A stretch of DNA of 64,000 nt from Alphaproteobacteria bacterium (GCA_965214705.1 CBDCCI010000002.1:2368001-2432000), one strand, 5' to 3'; shown: positions 18,828 through 29,467, numbered from the stretch's first letter. Translations and numbers: made by a program. Notes: generated from the letters alone by a model not told the origin.

Positions 18828-20741
18828 ATGCCGGAGACGCCGCATCTGGACCGCGTGAAGAGCCCCGAAGACCTGCGCAGCCTCTCGGTCAAGGAACTCA
18901 AGAAGGTTGCCGAGGAGCTTCGCGCCGAGACCGTCGACGCCGTCTCGGTGACCGGCGGCCATCTGGGCGCCGGGCTTGGCGTGGTCGAGCTGACGGTGGC
19001 CCTCCACCATGTATTTGACACCCCGCGCGACCGCCTGATTTGGGACGTGGGCCACCAGTCATACCCGCACAAGATCATCACCGGGCGGCGCGAACGCATC
19101 CGCACCATCCGCCAGCCGGGCGGGCTCTACGGCTTCACCAAGCGGACCGAGAGCGAGTACGACCCCTTCGGCGCGGCGCACTCGTCGACCTCCATCTCCG
19201 CCGGCCTCGGCATGGCGGTGGCGAGCGAGCTCACGGGCGAAGCGCGCAACGTCATCTGCGTCATCGGCGACGGTGCCATGTCCGGCGGCATGGCCTACGA
19301 GGCGATGAACAACGCGGGCTCGATGCCACCCCGCCTCATCGTCATCCTCAACGACAACGAGATGTCGATCGCGCCGGCGGTGGGCGCGCTCAACGCCTAC
19401 CTCTCGCGGCTGCTCTCCAGCCACCAGTTCCGCAGCCTGCGTGAGCTCGGCAAGCAGTGGGCGCGCAGACTGCCCAAGGCGATGGGCGATGCCGCGATGC
19501 GGGCCGAGGAGTATTCCCGCGGCATGGTCACCGGCGGCACCCTCTTCGAGGAGTTGGGCTTCTTCTACATCGGGCCGATCGACGGCCACAATCTCGACCA
19601 TCTAGTCCCGGTGCTGCGCAACGTGCGCAAGGACGAGACGCCGGGGCCCGTGCTGCTCCACGTCGTCACCAGCAAGGGCAAAGGCTACGAGCCCGCCGAG
19701 AACGCGCCGGACCGCGGCCACGCGCTCGGCAAGTTCGACGTGGTGACGGGCGAGCAGAAGAAGAGCAAGCCCAGGGCGCCGAGCTACACCGCCGTGTTCG
19801 CCCAGAGCCTGATCAAGGAGGCGGACCGCGACGAGAAGATCGTGGCGCTCACCGCCGCCATGCCGTCGGGCACCGGGCTCGACAAGTTCGCCAAGGCACA
19901 CCCCACGCGCTGCTTCGACGTGGGCATCGCGGAGCAGCACTGCGTCACCTTCGCGGCAGGGATGGCAACGGAGGGGCTCAGGCCTTTCGCCGCGATCTAT
20001 TCCACCTTCCTGCAGCGCGCCTATGACCAGATCGTGCACGACGTCGCGATTCAGAAACTGCCGGTCCGCTTCGCCATCGACCGCGCCGGCCTGGTCGGCG
20101 CCGACGGCCCCACGCACGCCGGCAGCTTCGACATCACCTATCTCGCGACTCTGCCGGGCTTCGTCGTCATGGCCGCGGCGGACGAGGCCGAGCTCGTCCA
20201 CATGGTGCACACGGCTGCGAAGCTCGACGACTGCCCGAGCGCCTTCCGCTATCCGCGCGGCGAGGGCGTGGGCGTGCCGCTGCCGGAGACGCCCAAGATG
20301 CTGGAGATCGGCAAGGGACGGATCGTCCGCGAGGGCACGGCCATTGCGATCCTCTCCCTCGGCGCCCGCCTGCATGAGGCCCTGGCTGCGGCCGACGAGC
20401 TGCAGACGCGTGGGCTCTCCACCACCGTCGCCGATGCCCGCTTCGCCAAGCCGCTGGACGAAGACCTGATCCGCCGGCTGGCGCGGGAGCACGAGGTGGT
20501 GATCACCATCGAGGAAGGCTCGATCGGCGGCTTCGGCGCGCATGTCATGCAGTTCCTGGCCACGGCAGGCTTCCTCGACTCCGGCCTCAAGATCCGGCCG
20601 ATGCTCCTGCCCGACCGCTTCGTGGCCCACGGGACGCCCGCCGGCATGTACGAGGACGCGGGCCTTACCGCAGGCGACATCGTCGACACCGCGCTCGGCG
20701 CTCTCGGCAGCAATTCGGCCACCCTGCCGCAACGCGCCTGA
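18828..20741 (+). CDS. dxs: 1-deoxy-D-xylulose-5-phosphate synthase
   Basis: [52 protein letters not shown]. Confidence 0.97.
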   Translation: MPETPHLDRVKSPEDLRSLSVKELKKVAEELRAETVDAVSVTGGHLGAGLGVVELTVALHHVFDTPRDRLIWDVGHQSYPHKIITGRRERIRTIRQPGGLYGFTKRTESEYDPFGAAHSSTSISAGLGMAVASELTGEARNVICVIGDGAMSGGMAYEAMNNAGSMPPRLIVILNDNEMSIAPAVGALNAYLSRLLSSHQFRSLRELGKQWARRLPKAMGDAAMRAEEYSRGMVTGGTLFEELGFFYIGPIDGHNLDHLVPVLRNVRKDETPGPVLLHVVTSKGKGYEPAENAPDRGHALGKFDVVTGEQKKSKPRAPSYTAVFAQSLIKEADRDEKIVALTAAMPSGTGLDKFAKAHPTRCFDVGIAEQHCVTFAAGMATEGLRPFAAIYSTFLQRAYDQIVHDVAIQKLPVRFAIDRAGLVGADGPTHAGSFDITYLATLPGFVVMAAADEAELVHMVHTAAKLDDCPSAFRYPRGEGVGVPLPETPKMLEIGKGRIVREGTAIAILSLGARLHEALAAADELQTRGLSTTVADARFAKPLDEDLIRRLAREHEVVITIEEGSIGGFGAHVMQFLATAGFLDSGLKIRPMLLPDRFVAHGTPAGMYEDAGLTAGDIVDTALGALGSNSATLPQRA

Positions 20742-20746
20742 CGCCC

Positions 20747-22738
20747 ATGGAGGTTGCGCGCGTCGGCCCGGACCGGCGGAGTGAAACCATCGTCCGCCAG
20801 CCGTCGGACAGTCAGGACGGCCCCGTTTCCTCCCCCGACATCGAGCAGGTCATCCAGGATGCCGCCGCCGGCCTGCGCGGCCTCCAGCACGACGACGGCC
20901 ACTGGCTGTTCGAGCTCGAGGCCGATGCGACCATCCCGGCGGAGTACGTCCTCCTCAACCACTTCCTCGACGAGCTCGATCCCGAGACCGAGGCACGTCT
21001 GGGCACCTACATCCGCAGCCGCCAGGCCGAACACGGAGGCTGGCCCCTCTTCCACGGCGGCGCGTTCGACATCAGCTGCACCGTCAAGGCCTACTACGCC
21101 CTCAAGCTGATCGGCGACGCCCCTGACGCCCCGCACATGATGCGCGCCCGCGAGGCCGTGCTCGCCGCCGGCGGCGCCGCGCGCTGCAACGTGTTCACGC
21201 GGATCACGCTCGCACTCTTCGGCCAGGTGCCGTGGCGCGCCGCGCCGGCGATGCCAGTGGAGATCATAAAGCTGCCGCGCTGGTTCCCCTTCCACCTGGA
21301 CAAGGTCTCCTACTGGTCGCGCACCACCATCGTGCCGCTCACGATCCTGCTCGCGCTCAAGCCTCGCGCCAAGAACCCGCGGGGCGTCGGCATCGCGGAG
21401 CTGTTCACGACCCCGCCGGAGCAGGAATGGCACTATTTCCCGAGGGAGACCCTCACGCAGTGGTCCTTCCTTACCCTCGACCGTGCGCTCACGGTCGGCG
21501 AGAAGGCGATACCGGGCAGGGTGCGCCGCCGCGCGATCGACAAGGCGCTCGACTGGTGCATGACGCGCCTCAACGGCGAGGACGGCCTGGGCGCGATCTT
21601 CCCGCCGATGGCCAACGTGGTCATGGCCTTCGATGCCCTGGGCTACGGGCGCGATCATCCGCCGCGCCGCACCGCCCGCCGCGCGCTCGACCTGCTGCTG
21701 ACCGAGCCGGTGAACGGCAGCCAATACTGCCAGCCTTGCGTCTCGCCGGTCTGGGACACGGGGCTCGCTGCGCTGAGCCTCATGGAGTGCGACGGTGAGC
21801 AGGACCGCCGCGCGGCGGACGATTCCCTCCCCTGGCTCGCCGACCTGCAGATCTGCGATCTCGCGGGCGACTGGGCCGCCATGCGGCCGGACGCCCTGCC
21901 GGGAGGCTGGGCCTTCCAGTACCGCAACGACCATTACCCCGACGTGGACGACACGGCGGTGGTGGCGATGGCGCTCCACCGCGCCGATCCCCAGGCGCAC
22001 CGCGAGGCGATCGAGCGGGCGGCCGCGTGGATCATCGCCATGCAGAACGAGAACGGCGGCTGGGGCTCCTTCGACGCCGAGAACGAGCACTACGCGCTCA
22101 ACCACATTCCCTTCGCCGACCACGGCGCCCTGCTCGACCCCGCGACCGCCGATGTCAGCGCGCGCTGCGTGAGCTTCCTCTGTCAGATCGGCTATTCGCG
22201 CGAGCACGAGACCGTCGCCAAGGGGCTCGCCTATCTCCTCGCGGAGCAGGAGGAGAACGGCTCCTGGTTCGGCCGCTGGGGCACCAACTACATCTACGGC
22301 ACCTGGTCGGTGCTCTGCGCCCTGAACGCCGCCGGCGAAGACCCGGCCTCGCCCGCCGTCCGCAAGGCGGTCGCCTGGCTCGAAGCCAAGCAGCGCGCCG
22401 ATGGCGGCTGGGGCGAGACCGGCGACAGCTACTATGCCGAGCGCATCGAGACCGCGTTCGACGTGGTCTCGACCCCGTCGCAGACCGCGTGGGCGCTGCT
22501 CGCGCTCATGGCTGCGGGCGAAGTGCGGAGCGACGCGGTGCAGCGCGGCATCGACTATCTCTGCGGCGCCGAGCGCGAGGGGGCGAAGTGGCTGGAGGAC
22601 GACTACACCGCGGTCGGCTTCCCCCGCGTCTTCTACCTCCGCTATCACGGCTACAGCGCCTACTTCCCGCTGTGGGCACTGGCGCGCTACCGCTCGCTCA
22701 CGCGCGGCAACGACCACCGCCCGCGCTACGGCATGTAG
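20747..22738 (+). CDS. shc: Squalene-hopene cyclase
   Basis: YPDVDDTA (DXDD), ELEADATIP, multiple QW repeats, GRWGTNYIYGTW, GFPRVFYLRYH; start position uncertain. Confidence 0.95.
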   Translation: MEVARVGPDRRSETIVRQPSDSQDGPVSSPDIEQVIQDAAAGLRGLQHDDGHWLFELEADATIPAEYVLLNHFLDELDPETEARLGTYIRSRQAEHGGWPLFHGGAFDISCTVKAYYALKLIGDAPDAPHMMRAREAVLAAGGAARCNVFTRITLALFGQVPWRAAPAMPVEIIKLPRWFPFHLDKVSYWSRTTIVPLTILLALKPRAKNPRGVGIAELFTTPPEQEWHYFPRETLTQWSFLTLDRALTVGEKAIPGRVRRRAIDKALDWCMTRLNGEDGLGAIFPPMANVVMAFDALGYGRDHPPRRTARRALDLLLTEPVNGSQYCQPCVSPVWDTGLAALSLMECDGEQDRRAADDSLPWLADLQICDLAGDWAAMRPDALPGGWAFQYRNDHYPDVDDTAVVAMALHRADPQAHREAIERAAAWIIAMQNENGGWGSFDAENEHYALNHIPFADHGALLDPATADVSARCVSFLCQIGYSREHETVAKGLAYLLAEQEENGSWFGRWGTNYIYGTWSVLCALNAAGEDPASPAVRKAVAWLEAKQRADGGWGETGDSYYAERIETAFDVVSTPSQTAWALLALMAAGEVRSDAVQRGIDYLCGAEREGAKWLEDDYTAVGFPRVFYLRYHGYSAYFPLWALARYRSLTRGNDHRPRYGM

Positions 22739-22761
22739 CAACCCAGACGACCGGGCACGCC

Positions 22762-23544
22762 ATGGCTGACCGGTCCCGCATTGGCATCGTCACGGGCCTC
22801 GTGGCGGAGGCCGCGACCCTGCCCAAGGACGATTTCCGGATCGCGGTCTCGGCGGCCGACCCCGCGCGCGCGGCACAGGCGGCCGGTGCGATGGTCGCGG
22901 GCGGCGTGCGGCTGCTGGTGAGCTACGGCCTCGCCGCCGGGATCGATCCGCGCCTCGGCCCCGGCACTCTGCTTCTGCCTGAGTCGGTGATTGCCCACGA
23001 GGGGGAGGTCGAGGCGCCCGACCGCGGCGGCGTGCGCGACCAGCTCCAGCGGATGACCTCCTTCAGGCGAGAGGAGGGGCGAGGCCCGCCGGAGCCGCCG
23101 CCGGAGGAGGACTACCTGCCGGTGGATGCAACCTTGCGCGAGGTACTTTCCCAGGGTCTCGGGGAACGCGCCGAAGGCGGTGCGCTCGCCGGCGTGGACC
23201 ACCCGTTGACGTACGGCGACCAGAAGCTCTCGCTCTTCGCGCAGACTCGCGCCAGGGCCGCGGACATGGAGAGCCACGTCGTCGCCCGCGCTGCGGCGGC
23301 GGCTGGCGTGCCCTTCGTCGTGATCCGCGTCGTCAGCGACCCGAGCAACCGAGCGCTTCCGCGAGCGGCCATCGTCGGGGTCACCGAGGACGGGCGCATC
23401 AGCGGCGGAGCGGTCGCGGGCGCGCTGCTGCGGCGCCCGTGGGAATGCATGGATATGCTGACGCTCGCGCTCGACGGAGCGCAGGCGATGCGCCGGCTAC
23501 GCCGCGTTGGTCGCCGGTTGGCGCCCCTTCTCGCGAGCCTGTGA
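22762..23544 (+). CDS. hpnG: Hopanoid-associated nucleoside phosphorylase
   Basis: IVTGLVAEA, SYGLAAG, ADMESH, RVVSDP; directly after shc. Confidence 0.8.
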   Translation: MADRSRIGIVTGLVAEAATLPKDDFRIAVSAADPARAAQAAGAMVAGGVRLLVSYGLAAGIDPRLGPGTLLLPESVIAHEGEVEAPDRGGVRDQLQRMTSFRREEGRGPPEPPPEEDYLPVDATLREVLSQGLGERAEGGALAGVDHPLTYGDQKLSLFAQTRARAADMESHVVARAAAAAGVPFVVIRVVSDPSNRALPRAAIVGVTEDGRISGGAVAGALLRRPWECMDMLTLALDGAQAMRRLRRVGRRLAPLLASL

Positions 23545-24669
23545 GGCTGCCTCTTCGGCCAGGCGTATCTCGCGCAGCTTATCCTGCACGTGCCGGTCGA
23601 ACATGTACTGGGCGGGGCGGGCCTTGGTCAGGTCGATCTCCGGCACCATCGGCCCGGTCGTCCTGATCCCGCGCAGCTTGACCATCAGCGCCGCCCAGGG
23701 CCGCGACAAGGAGTGCTCCGCCGCCGTCGGCTCGTAGCCGCAGTGGACCATGCAGTCCGCACACTTCTCGTAGCGGCCAGTGCCGTAGGAGTCCCAGTCG
23801 GTCTCCTCCATCAGCGCGCGGAAGCTCTCGGTATAGCCTTCGCCGATCAGGTAGCAGGGCTTTTGCCAGCCGAAGACGTTGCGGGTCGGGTTGCCCCAGG
23901 GCGTGCATTGGAAATCCTGGTTGCCGGCCAGGAAGTCCAGGAACAGGCTCGACTGGCTGAAGCGCCACTTCTTGCCCGCGCCGCGCGCGAAGATGTCGCG
24001 GAACAGCGCCTTGGTCTTGCTGCGGTTGAGGAAGTGCTGCTGGTCGGGCGCCCGCTCGTAGGAATAGCCGGGCGAGACCGTGATCGCCTCCACGCCCAGC
24101 TCGTCCGTCGCGAAGTCGAAGAATTCCGCAAGCCGCTCCGCCGGGTGGCCGTCAAAGACGGTGGCGTTGACGTTGACCCGGAAGCCCCGGCTGCGCGCCT
24201 CCTTGATCGCCGCCACGGCGCGCTTGAACGTACCGGGCTGATCGACCGCGTGGTCGTGCTCCTCCTCCAGCCCGTCGAGGTGGACCGAGAAGGTCAGGTA
24301 CTTGGTCGGCGTGAAGAGATCGAGCTTCTTCTTGAGCAGCAGCGCGTTCGTGCAGAGATAGACGAATTTCTTGCGCGCGATGATTTCGGAGACGATCTCG
24401 CCGATCTCGGGATGGATCAGCGGCTCGCCGCCGGGGATCGAGACCATCGGCGCACCGCACTCGTCCACCGCCTGCAGGCACTCGTCCAGGCTCAGGCGCT
24501 GGTTCAGGATTTCGGGCGGGTAGTCGATCTTGCCGCAGCCGGGGCACGCGAGGTTGCAGCGGAACAGCGGTTCCAGCATGAGCACGAGCGGATAGCGCTT
24601 CTCGCCCGCGAGCTTCTTGCCGACGATGTAGGCGCCGACGCGAATCTTCTGGATCAGCGGGACGGACAT
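23497..24669 (-). CDS. hpnH: Adenosylhopane synthase, radical SAM
   Basis: YPLVLMLEPLFRCNLACPGCGK (CxxxCxxC), CTPWGNPTRN, CADCMVHCGYE. Confidence 0.95.
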   Translation of the reverse strand: MSVPLIQKIRVGAYIVGKKLAGEKRYPLVLMLEPLFRCNLACPGCGKIDYPPEILNQRLSLDECLQAVDECGAPMVSIPGGEPLIHPEIGEIVSEIIARKKFVYLCTNALLLKKKLDLFTPTKYLTFSVHLDGLEEEHDHAVDQPGTFKRAVAAIKEARSRGFRVNVNATVFDGHPAERLAEFFDFATDELGVEAITVSPGYSYERAPDQQHFLNRSKTKALFRDIFARGAGKKWRFSQSSLFLDFLAGNQDFQCTPWGNPTRNVFGWQKPCYLIGEGYTESFRALMEETDWDSYGTGRYEKCADCMVHCGYEPTAAEHSLSRPWAALMVKLRGIRTTGPMVPEIDLTKARPAQYMFDRHVQDKLREIRLAEEAASQAREKGRQPATNAA

Positions 24670-24675
24670 GAGCCC

Positions 24676-25653
24676 CTACTCGGCAGGCGCCGCACCGGCG
24701 GCCGGCTCCTGCGCCTTGCCGTTGCCGCTCGCCTCGACCAGCTCGGCCGGCAGCTTGAAGCGCACCCGCTCCTTGATCCCGTCCTGGATCTGCAGCTCGA
24801 CCGCGTTGATCTCGCGCAGCCGGGCGACCAGGTCCTGCACCAGCTCTTCCGGCGCCGACGCGCCGGCGGTCACGCCCACGCGGCGCACGCCGTCGAACCA
24901 CGTCGGGTCGAGGTCGCGAGCGTCGTCGATCAGGTGGGTCGGCACGCCCATCTCCTCGCCGATCTCGCGCAGGCGGTTGGAGTTGGAGCTGTTGCGCGCG
25001 CCCACGACGAGGATCAGCTCCACGTCTTCCGCCAGCTTGCGCACCGAAGCCTGGCGGTTCTGCGTCGCGTAGCAGATGTCCTTCACGTCGGGGCCGGAGA
25101 TGCTGGGGAAGCGCGAGGTCAGCGCTTCGATCACGTCGCGCGTGTCGTCGACGCTGAGCGTGGTCTGGGTGACGTAGGCCACCTTGTCCGGGTTGGCCAC
25201 CTCCAGCTTGGCCACGTCGTCGGGCGTGGCGACGATATGCACCCCGTTCTTCACGCGGCCGCTGGTACCCTCGACCTCGGGATGTCCGTCGTGGCCGATC
25301 AGGATGATCTCGCGGCCCTCGCGCTCGTAGCGCCTGGCCTCAATGTGCACCTTGGCGACCAGCGGGCAGGTGGCGTCGATCACCGGCAGGTTCCGACCCG
25401 CGGCCTCGCTCTCCACCTTCTCCGAGACGCCGTGGGCGCTGAAGATGGTGACCGCGCCCTCGGGCACCTCGTCGATCTCCTCGACGAAGACCGCGCCCTT
25501 CTTGCGCAGGTCGTCCACCACCCGCTTGTTGTGCACGATTTCGTGGCGGACGTAGACCGGCGGGCCGAATACTTCGAGCGCCCGCTCGACGATCTCGATT
25601 GCCCGCTCGACGCCTGCGCAGAAGCCTCGGGGCTCCGCCAGGATGACCTGCAT
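24676..25653 (-). CDS. ispH: 4-hydroxy-3-methylbut-2-enyl diphosphate reductase
   Basis: [46 protein letters not shown]; ATG at 25653. Confidence 0.96.
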   Translation of the reverse strand: MQVILAEPRGFCAGVERAIEIVERALEVFGPPVYVRHEIVHNKRVVDDLRKKGAVFVEEIDEVPEGAVTIFSAHGVSEKVESEAAGRNLPVIDATCPLVAKVHIEARRYEREGREIILIGHDGHPEVEGTSGRVKNGVHIVATPDDVAKLEVANPDKVAYVTQTTLSVDDTRDVIEALTSRFPSISGPDVKDICYATQNRQASVRKLAEDVELILVVGARNSSNSNRLREIGEEMGVPTHLIDDARDLDPTWFDGVRRVGVTAGASAPEELVQDLVARLREINAVELQIQDGIKERVRFKLPAELVEASGNGKAQEPAAGAAPAE

Positions 25654-25879
25654 GCTGCCGTTGTCGCCCACGTTAGGCCCTCGCTTAATCATGGGGGTGC
25701 TCGGGGCGGGACCGTCGACTCCGCACCCAGAGCCACCACTGCACCCTATCGCAGACCTGTGATTCCGACAACACGCAGGTTCCCCGTCCGTTTTCGGCAC
25801 CGGCCTCCCGAAAAGGCGGGCCGCCGGCCTGGGATTTTTGGCAAGAAACACACTTTTTTTGAGTCGGCACGAGCCGGGA

Positions 25880-26359
25880 TCATGCGGGATTCCCGTCTAC
25901 GTCCAAAGGATTCCGTCCCATGCTCCGGTCAGCGCTGACGGGGCGGGGCATCCGCTCGCGCTCCGCAAGCAGCTTGCCCGCGCCTTCGATGCGCAGCAGC
26001 GCAAGGGCGAGGCGGGCGATCTCAATCGGCTCCACCGGTTCTCCGTCTCTGTCGAGCGTGGCCACCGTCATCGCCGCCGCCGCGCCCACGGCTTCGAGCG
26101 CGACTGGCCGGGTGCCGTCCCTGGCACTCTCGACGATGGCGGCCGCCCAGGTCTTGGCGGCGCGGTCGATCTCGCGCCGCCGGTGGATCTGCTCGCGCCT
26201 GCGCTTGACGTAGCGGCCCACGGACGAGCGCGAGCACGCGGCGCCGTGTGCGCGAATCACCGCCGCGATGGCGTCGATGGTGGCGCCGTCCTCGATCGCC
26301 ACGTCCACGGCGGCGCGGATCTCGGGCGGCAACAGCTCAATTGTGGAACGCCGGCTCAT
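25880..26359 (-). CDS. DUF3486 / phage Mu gp27-like protein, isolated
   Basis: [19 protein letters not shown]...SRSSVGRY N-terminus is typical of this family. Confidence 0.6.
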   Translation of the reverse strand: MSRRSTIELLPPEIRAAVDVAIEDGATIDAIAAVIRAHGAACSRSSVGRYVKRRREQIHRRREIDRAAKTWAAAIVESARDGTRPVALEAVGAAAAMTVATLDRDGEPVEPIEIARLALALLRIEGAGKLLAERERMPRPVSADRSMGRNPLDVDGNPA

Positions 26360-26553
26360 ATCGCTCCCTCTCGCGTTGTGTGGCGCGATGCTGAAGCGGG
26401 CGCCGGAGGCTGTGCACCGCACCATGGTCCGGTGACTCGCGAGTGACGAGGCTACGCTCCCCTCTCCTTATGGTGCCGCTGGACCATTCGTCCGCCGCGC
26501 GCGGCGTGCTGTATCGTCAGGCAAGCACACGGAAACCACGCGAGGGCCAAGGG

Positions 26554-26895
26554 ATGACGCACGTCGCCGTATGCGTGACCGCCCCGAGCCGGGCCGAGGC
26601 CGAGGCCATCGGCCGCGCCCTGGTCGAAGCGCGCCTTGCGGCATCGGTCAATGTCGTGCCGGCCGTCTCATCCTTCTACTGGTGGGAGGGTGCGCTCCGC
26701 GAAGGCGACGAGGCCATGCTCTGGGCGAAGACCCGCGCCGATCTCGTCGGGCCGCTCACGGCCAAGGTCAAGGCGCTGCACAGCTACGCCTGCCCCTGCG
26801 TCATCGCCCTCCCGATCACGGGCGGTAACGCGGACTACCTCGCCTGGATCGACGCCGAAACGTCGCCTCCGCCCACCGATCCCGACAAGGCGTAA
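26554..26895 (+). CDS. cutA: Divalent-cation tolerance protein CutA
   Basis: LVEARLAASVN, SFYWWEG, HSYACPCVIALP, YLAWI. Confidence 0.9.
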   Translation: MTHVAVCVTAPSRAEAEAIGRALVEARLAASVNVVPAVSSFYWWEGALREGDEAMLWAKTRADLVGPLTAKVKALHSYACPCVIALPITGGNADYLAWIDAETSPPPTDPDKA

Positions 26896-26952
26896 CCCAC
26901 CGGTGACGGGACAGGCTCTACGGAACAGACCTACAGGTATCGGGAGGTGGTC

Positions 26953-27201
26953 TCACGTTTTCTCGCCACCGCCGTCGAACGCTGCCTGCAGATCGTGGGG
27001 GAGCGGCTCGAAGAAGGCGGCGGGAATGGTCATCCCCCGATCTATGCCCACCGGGCGTGGCTCGCGTGCCGGTTTGGGGAGCGCGCGAATCTCGGCGATC
27101 GGTACGTTGCGCCGGCACACGACAACCGTCTCACCTTGCTCGACGCTCTTGAGGTAACGCGAGAGGTGCGCCTTGGCCTCCGCTACACTGACTCGGATCA
27201 T
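26953..27201 (-). CDS. Phd/YefM family antitoxin (toxin partner decayed)
   Basis: MIRVSVAEAKAHLSRYL..VEQGE..RRNVPIAEI. Confidence 0.8.
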   Translation of the reverse strand: MIRVSVAEAKAHLSRYLKSVEQGETVVVCRRNVPIAEIRALPKPAREPRPVGIDRGMTIPAAFFEPLPHDLQAAFDGGGEKT

Positions 27202-27232
27202 CGTCCCCTCACCAACCAACTTCCTAATTTAG

Positions 27233-28434
27233 GGAAGGTCTGATCAAGTCGGGTGTGCCATGATTTTCGTAGGAGTCGCAGATTGGATGATCGGGTCATG
27301 GCACAGGCGAGCTTTTCGGAACTGGAGCACGACTTGAAGAAGCGCCGGACGCGGCGCGAGCTGTTCCTGGAGAAGATGGACAAGCTGGTTCCCTGGGAGC
27401 GGCTGGAACGGCGGATCGAGCCGTTCTATCCGAAGGCGGGGCGCGGTCGGCGCCCGTACCCGCTTGCGGTGATGCTGCGCGTTCACTGCGTGCAGCTGTT
27501 CTACAACCTGAGCGATCCGGGGATGGAGGACCTGCTCTACGAGGTGGAGTCGGTGCGGCGTTTCGTGGGGCTGCGGCTGGCGGAGGCGTTGCCTGACGAG
27601 ACCACCATCCTGAACTTCCGGCATCTTCTGGAGAAGCACGGCCTGGGCGAGGGTCTGTTCGAGGAGATCAATGCGCACCTGGCGTCGCGCGGCCATTGGC
27701 TGCGCACGGGGACGATCGTTGACGCGAGCATCATCGAGGCGCCGTCGTCGACGAAGAACCGGCGCCGCGCACGGGACCCTGAGATGCGTCAGACGAGGAA
27801 GGGCAAGCAGTGGTATTTCGGGATGAAGGCGCACATCGGGGTGGACGCCGGGTCGGGTCTGGCACACAGCGTGGTGACGACGGCGGCCAACGCAAGCGAC
27901 GTGACGCAGGCGGGAGCGCTGCTGCATGGCGCTGAGACGACGGCGTGGGGCGACGCGGGCTACCAGGGGGTGGAGAAGCGTCCCGAGCACCGGGATGGCG
28001 GTGTCGAGTGGCGTGTGGCGATGAAGCCGGGGCGGCGCCGGCTGCTGGCCGGGGGTGGCGCCGAAGCGGCGGCCGAGACGCGCAAGGCGTCGGTGCGGGC
28101 GAAGGTGGAGCATCCGTTCCTGTACGTGAAGCGGCACTTCGGCTACGCCAAGGTGCGCTACCGGGGCGTGGCGAAGAACAGGCAGCGCATCGCGTTGCTG
28201 CTGGGGTTCTCGAACCTGCTGATCGCCGGCCGCTACGCGACGCAATGACAGGGGAGCAGTCCGCCCGCCGCCGGCGGGACGACGGGGAATGCGGCGGATC
28301 GACGCGGATATCGCCCGTTCGCTCCGTATCCCGCGACAAAAGCAGCCCCCGGCCTGCCGGCAATATCGTCGAGCTTCAAATCCAAGCCCCCTCTCCCCCT
28401 CGAAGCCGCCAAGATGGGGTTGTTCAGACTTTCC
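27233..28434 (+). mobile_element. Complete IS5-family insertion sequence (about 1.2 kb)
   Basis: IRs GGAAGGTCTGATCAA / TTGTTCAGACTTTCC; TTAG target duplication at 27229-27232 and 28435-28438. Confidence 0.92.
27298..28248 (+). CDS. IS5-family transposase
   Basis: PDETTILNFRH, IVDASII, WYFGMKAHIGVD, GDAGY, RAKVEHPF. Confidence 0.93.
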   Translation: MAQASFSELEHDLKKRRTRRELFLEKMDKLVPWERLERRIEPFYPKAGRGRRPYPLAVMLRVHCVQLFYNLSDPGMEDLLYEVESVRRFVGLRLAEALPDETTILNFRHLLEKHGLGEGLFEEINAHLASRGHWLRTGTIVDASIIEAPSSTKNRRRARDPEMRQTRKGKQWYFGMKAHIGVDAGSGLAHSVVTTAANASDVTQAGALLHGAETTAWGDAGYQGVEKRPEHRDGGVEWRVAMKPGRRRLLAGGGAEAAAETRKASVRAKVEHPFLYVKRHFGYAKVRYRGVAKNRQRIALLLGFSNLLIAGRYATQ

Positions 28435-28466
28435 TTAGTTCAATCAGCACGACGCGCACTGGTTAA

Positions 28467-28615
28467 GGAACCTCTGATTTATCAGGGGTTCCCGTGGCAC
28501 AGGGATGTGCCACCATTTTCGGTGGCTGTAAGTCACTGAAAATGTGAGCAAAGCGGAAAGCGCGCTTCCGCCTTGCGCGTCTGAGAAATGCAGGAGGCAC
28601 TTATTCAGACCTTCC
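28467..28615. mobile_element. 149-bp IS5-type MITE, copy 1
   Basis: Ends GGAACCTCTGATTTA / TTATTCAGACCTTCC; TTAA duplication; differs from 32158-32306 by one base. Confidence 0.88.
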
Positions 28616-28634
28616 TTAACGCATCCAGCGCCAG

Positions 28635-29012
28635 TCACCACTGCCGCGCCACGCCGACGGCGTCGAAGACCTCGTCGACCGAGACCAGCGCGCAGTTCTC
28701 CAGCCGCGCCTGGGCCGCAAGCAGGCGGTCCCACGGGTCGCGGTGGTCCCAGTCGAGCTGGGCCGCGTAGTCGGCGTGGTCGTGGGTGATGGCGAGGTCG
28801 TCCACGCCGTTGCGCCTGAGCGCGGCCCGCAGCTCTTGCGACGGCAAGGCGATGCGGCTGCGCTGCGCCTTCCACTCAAGCTCGTAGATCGAGACCGCGC
28901 TGACCAGCACGGCGTTCTTGCGATCGAGAATCAGCCCCCTGGCGGTCGCAGACAGTCTCCGACTGCCCGCGACCCACCAGTAGACGGCATGGCTATCGAG
29001 AAGCAGCCTCAC
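28635..29012 (-). CDS. vapC: VapC/PIN-domain toxin
   Basis: VRLLLDSHAVYWW, SAVSIYE, HRDPWDRLLAAQA, LVSVD. Confidence 0.88.
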   Translation of the reverse strand: MRLLLDSHAVYWWVAGSRRLSATARGLILDRKNAVLVSAVSIYELEWKAQRSRIALPSQELRAALRRNGVDDLAITHDHADYAAQLDWDHRDPWDRLLAAQARLENCALVSVDEVFDAVGVARQW

Positions 29013-29290
29013 GAAGCCTTCGGCGGGCCGCGCCAAATGCCGAGGGTGTCGCTGTAGCTGCCCGCGTCGATCATGGCCTGTTCCGGCTCCTCACGGTCGA
29101 AGAAGTCATCGGGCAGGTTGAGGTGCTTGAGCGGCGCGGCTTCCCGCTGCCCGACTTCGGCCGGCGGGACGATGCGCGCCTGCGGTTCGCTGCCCTTGGT
29201 GATCATGATCTCTTCGCCCTCCTTGGCGCGCGCCAGGAGGCTGGAGAAGCTGGCACGGGCCTCGGCTACCTTGAAAATCTTGGTCGGCAT
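29009..29290 (-). CDS. Phd/YefM family antitoxin
   Basis: FKVAEARASFSSLLARAKEGEEIMIT; its stop overlaps the vapC start. Confidence 0.85.
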   Translation of the reverse strand: MPTKIFKVAEARASFSSLLARAKEGEEIMITKGSEPQARIVPPAEVGQREAAPLKHLNLPDDFFDREEPEQAMIDAGSYSDTLGIWRGPPKAS

Positions 29291-29467
29291 GGCCCGATTT
29301 CCCCATTCGTATCAGCGACGAACACCATGCTCGCCCCCTTCCAACCAGTATGTACAACATAGATGGTCATATTGTAAGTAGAAACCGAATTCACATCCGC
29401 CGCAGCAGGCAGTTTGACGCCGTCCGCAGGGTGCCCATGATGGCGGGGCGAAAACGGCGGGGGCGGC

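Noticed and set aside
20249-25938. 830-aa and 782-aa ORFs opposite shc and hpnH/ispH
   Set aside because: Antisense to well-supported genes
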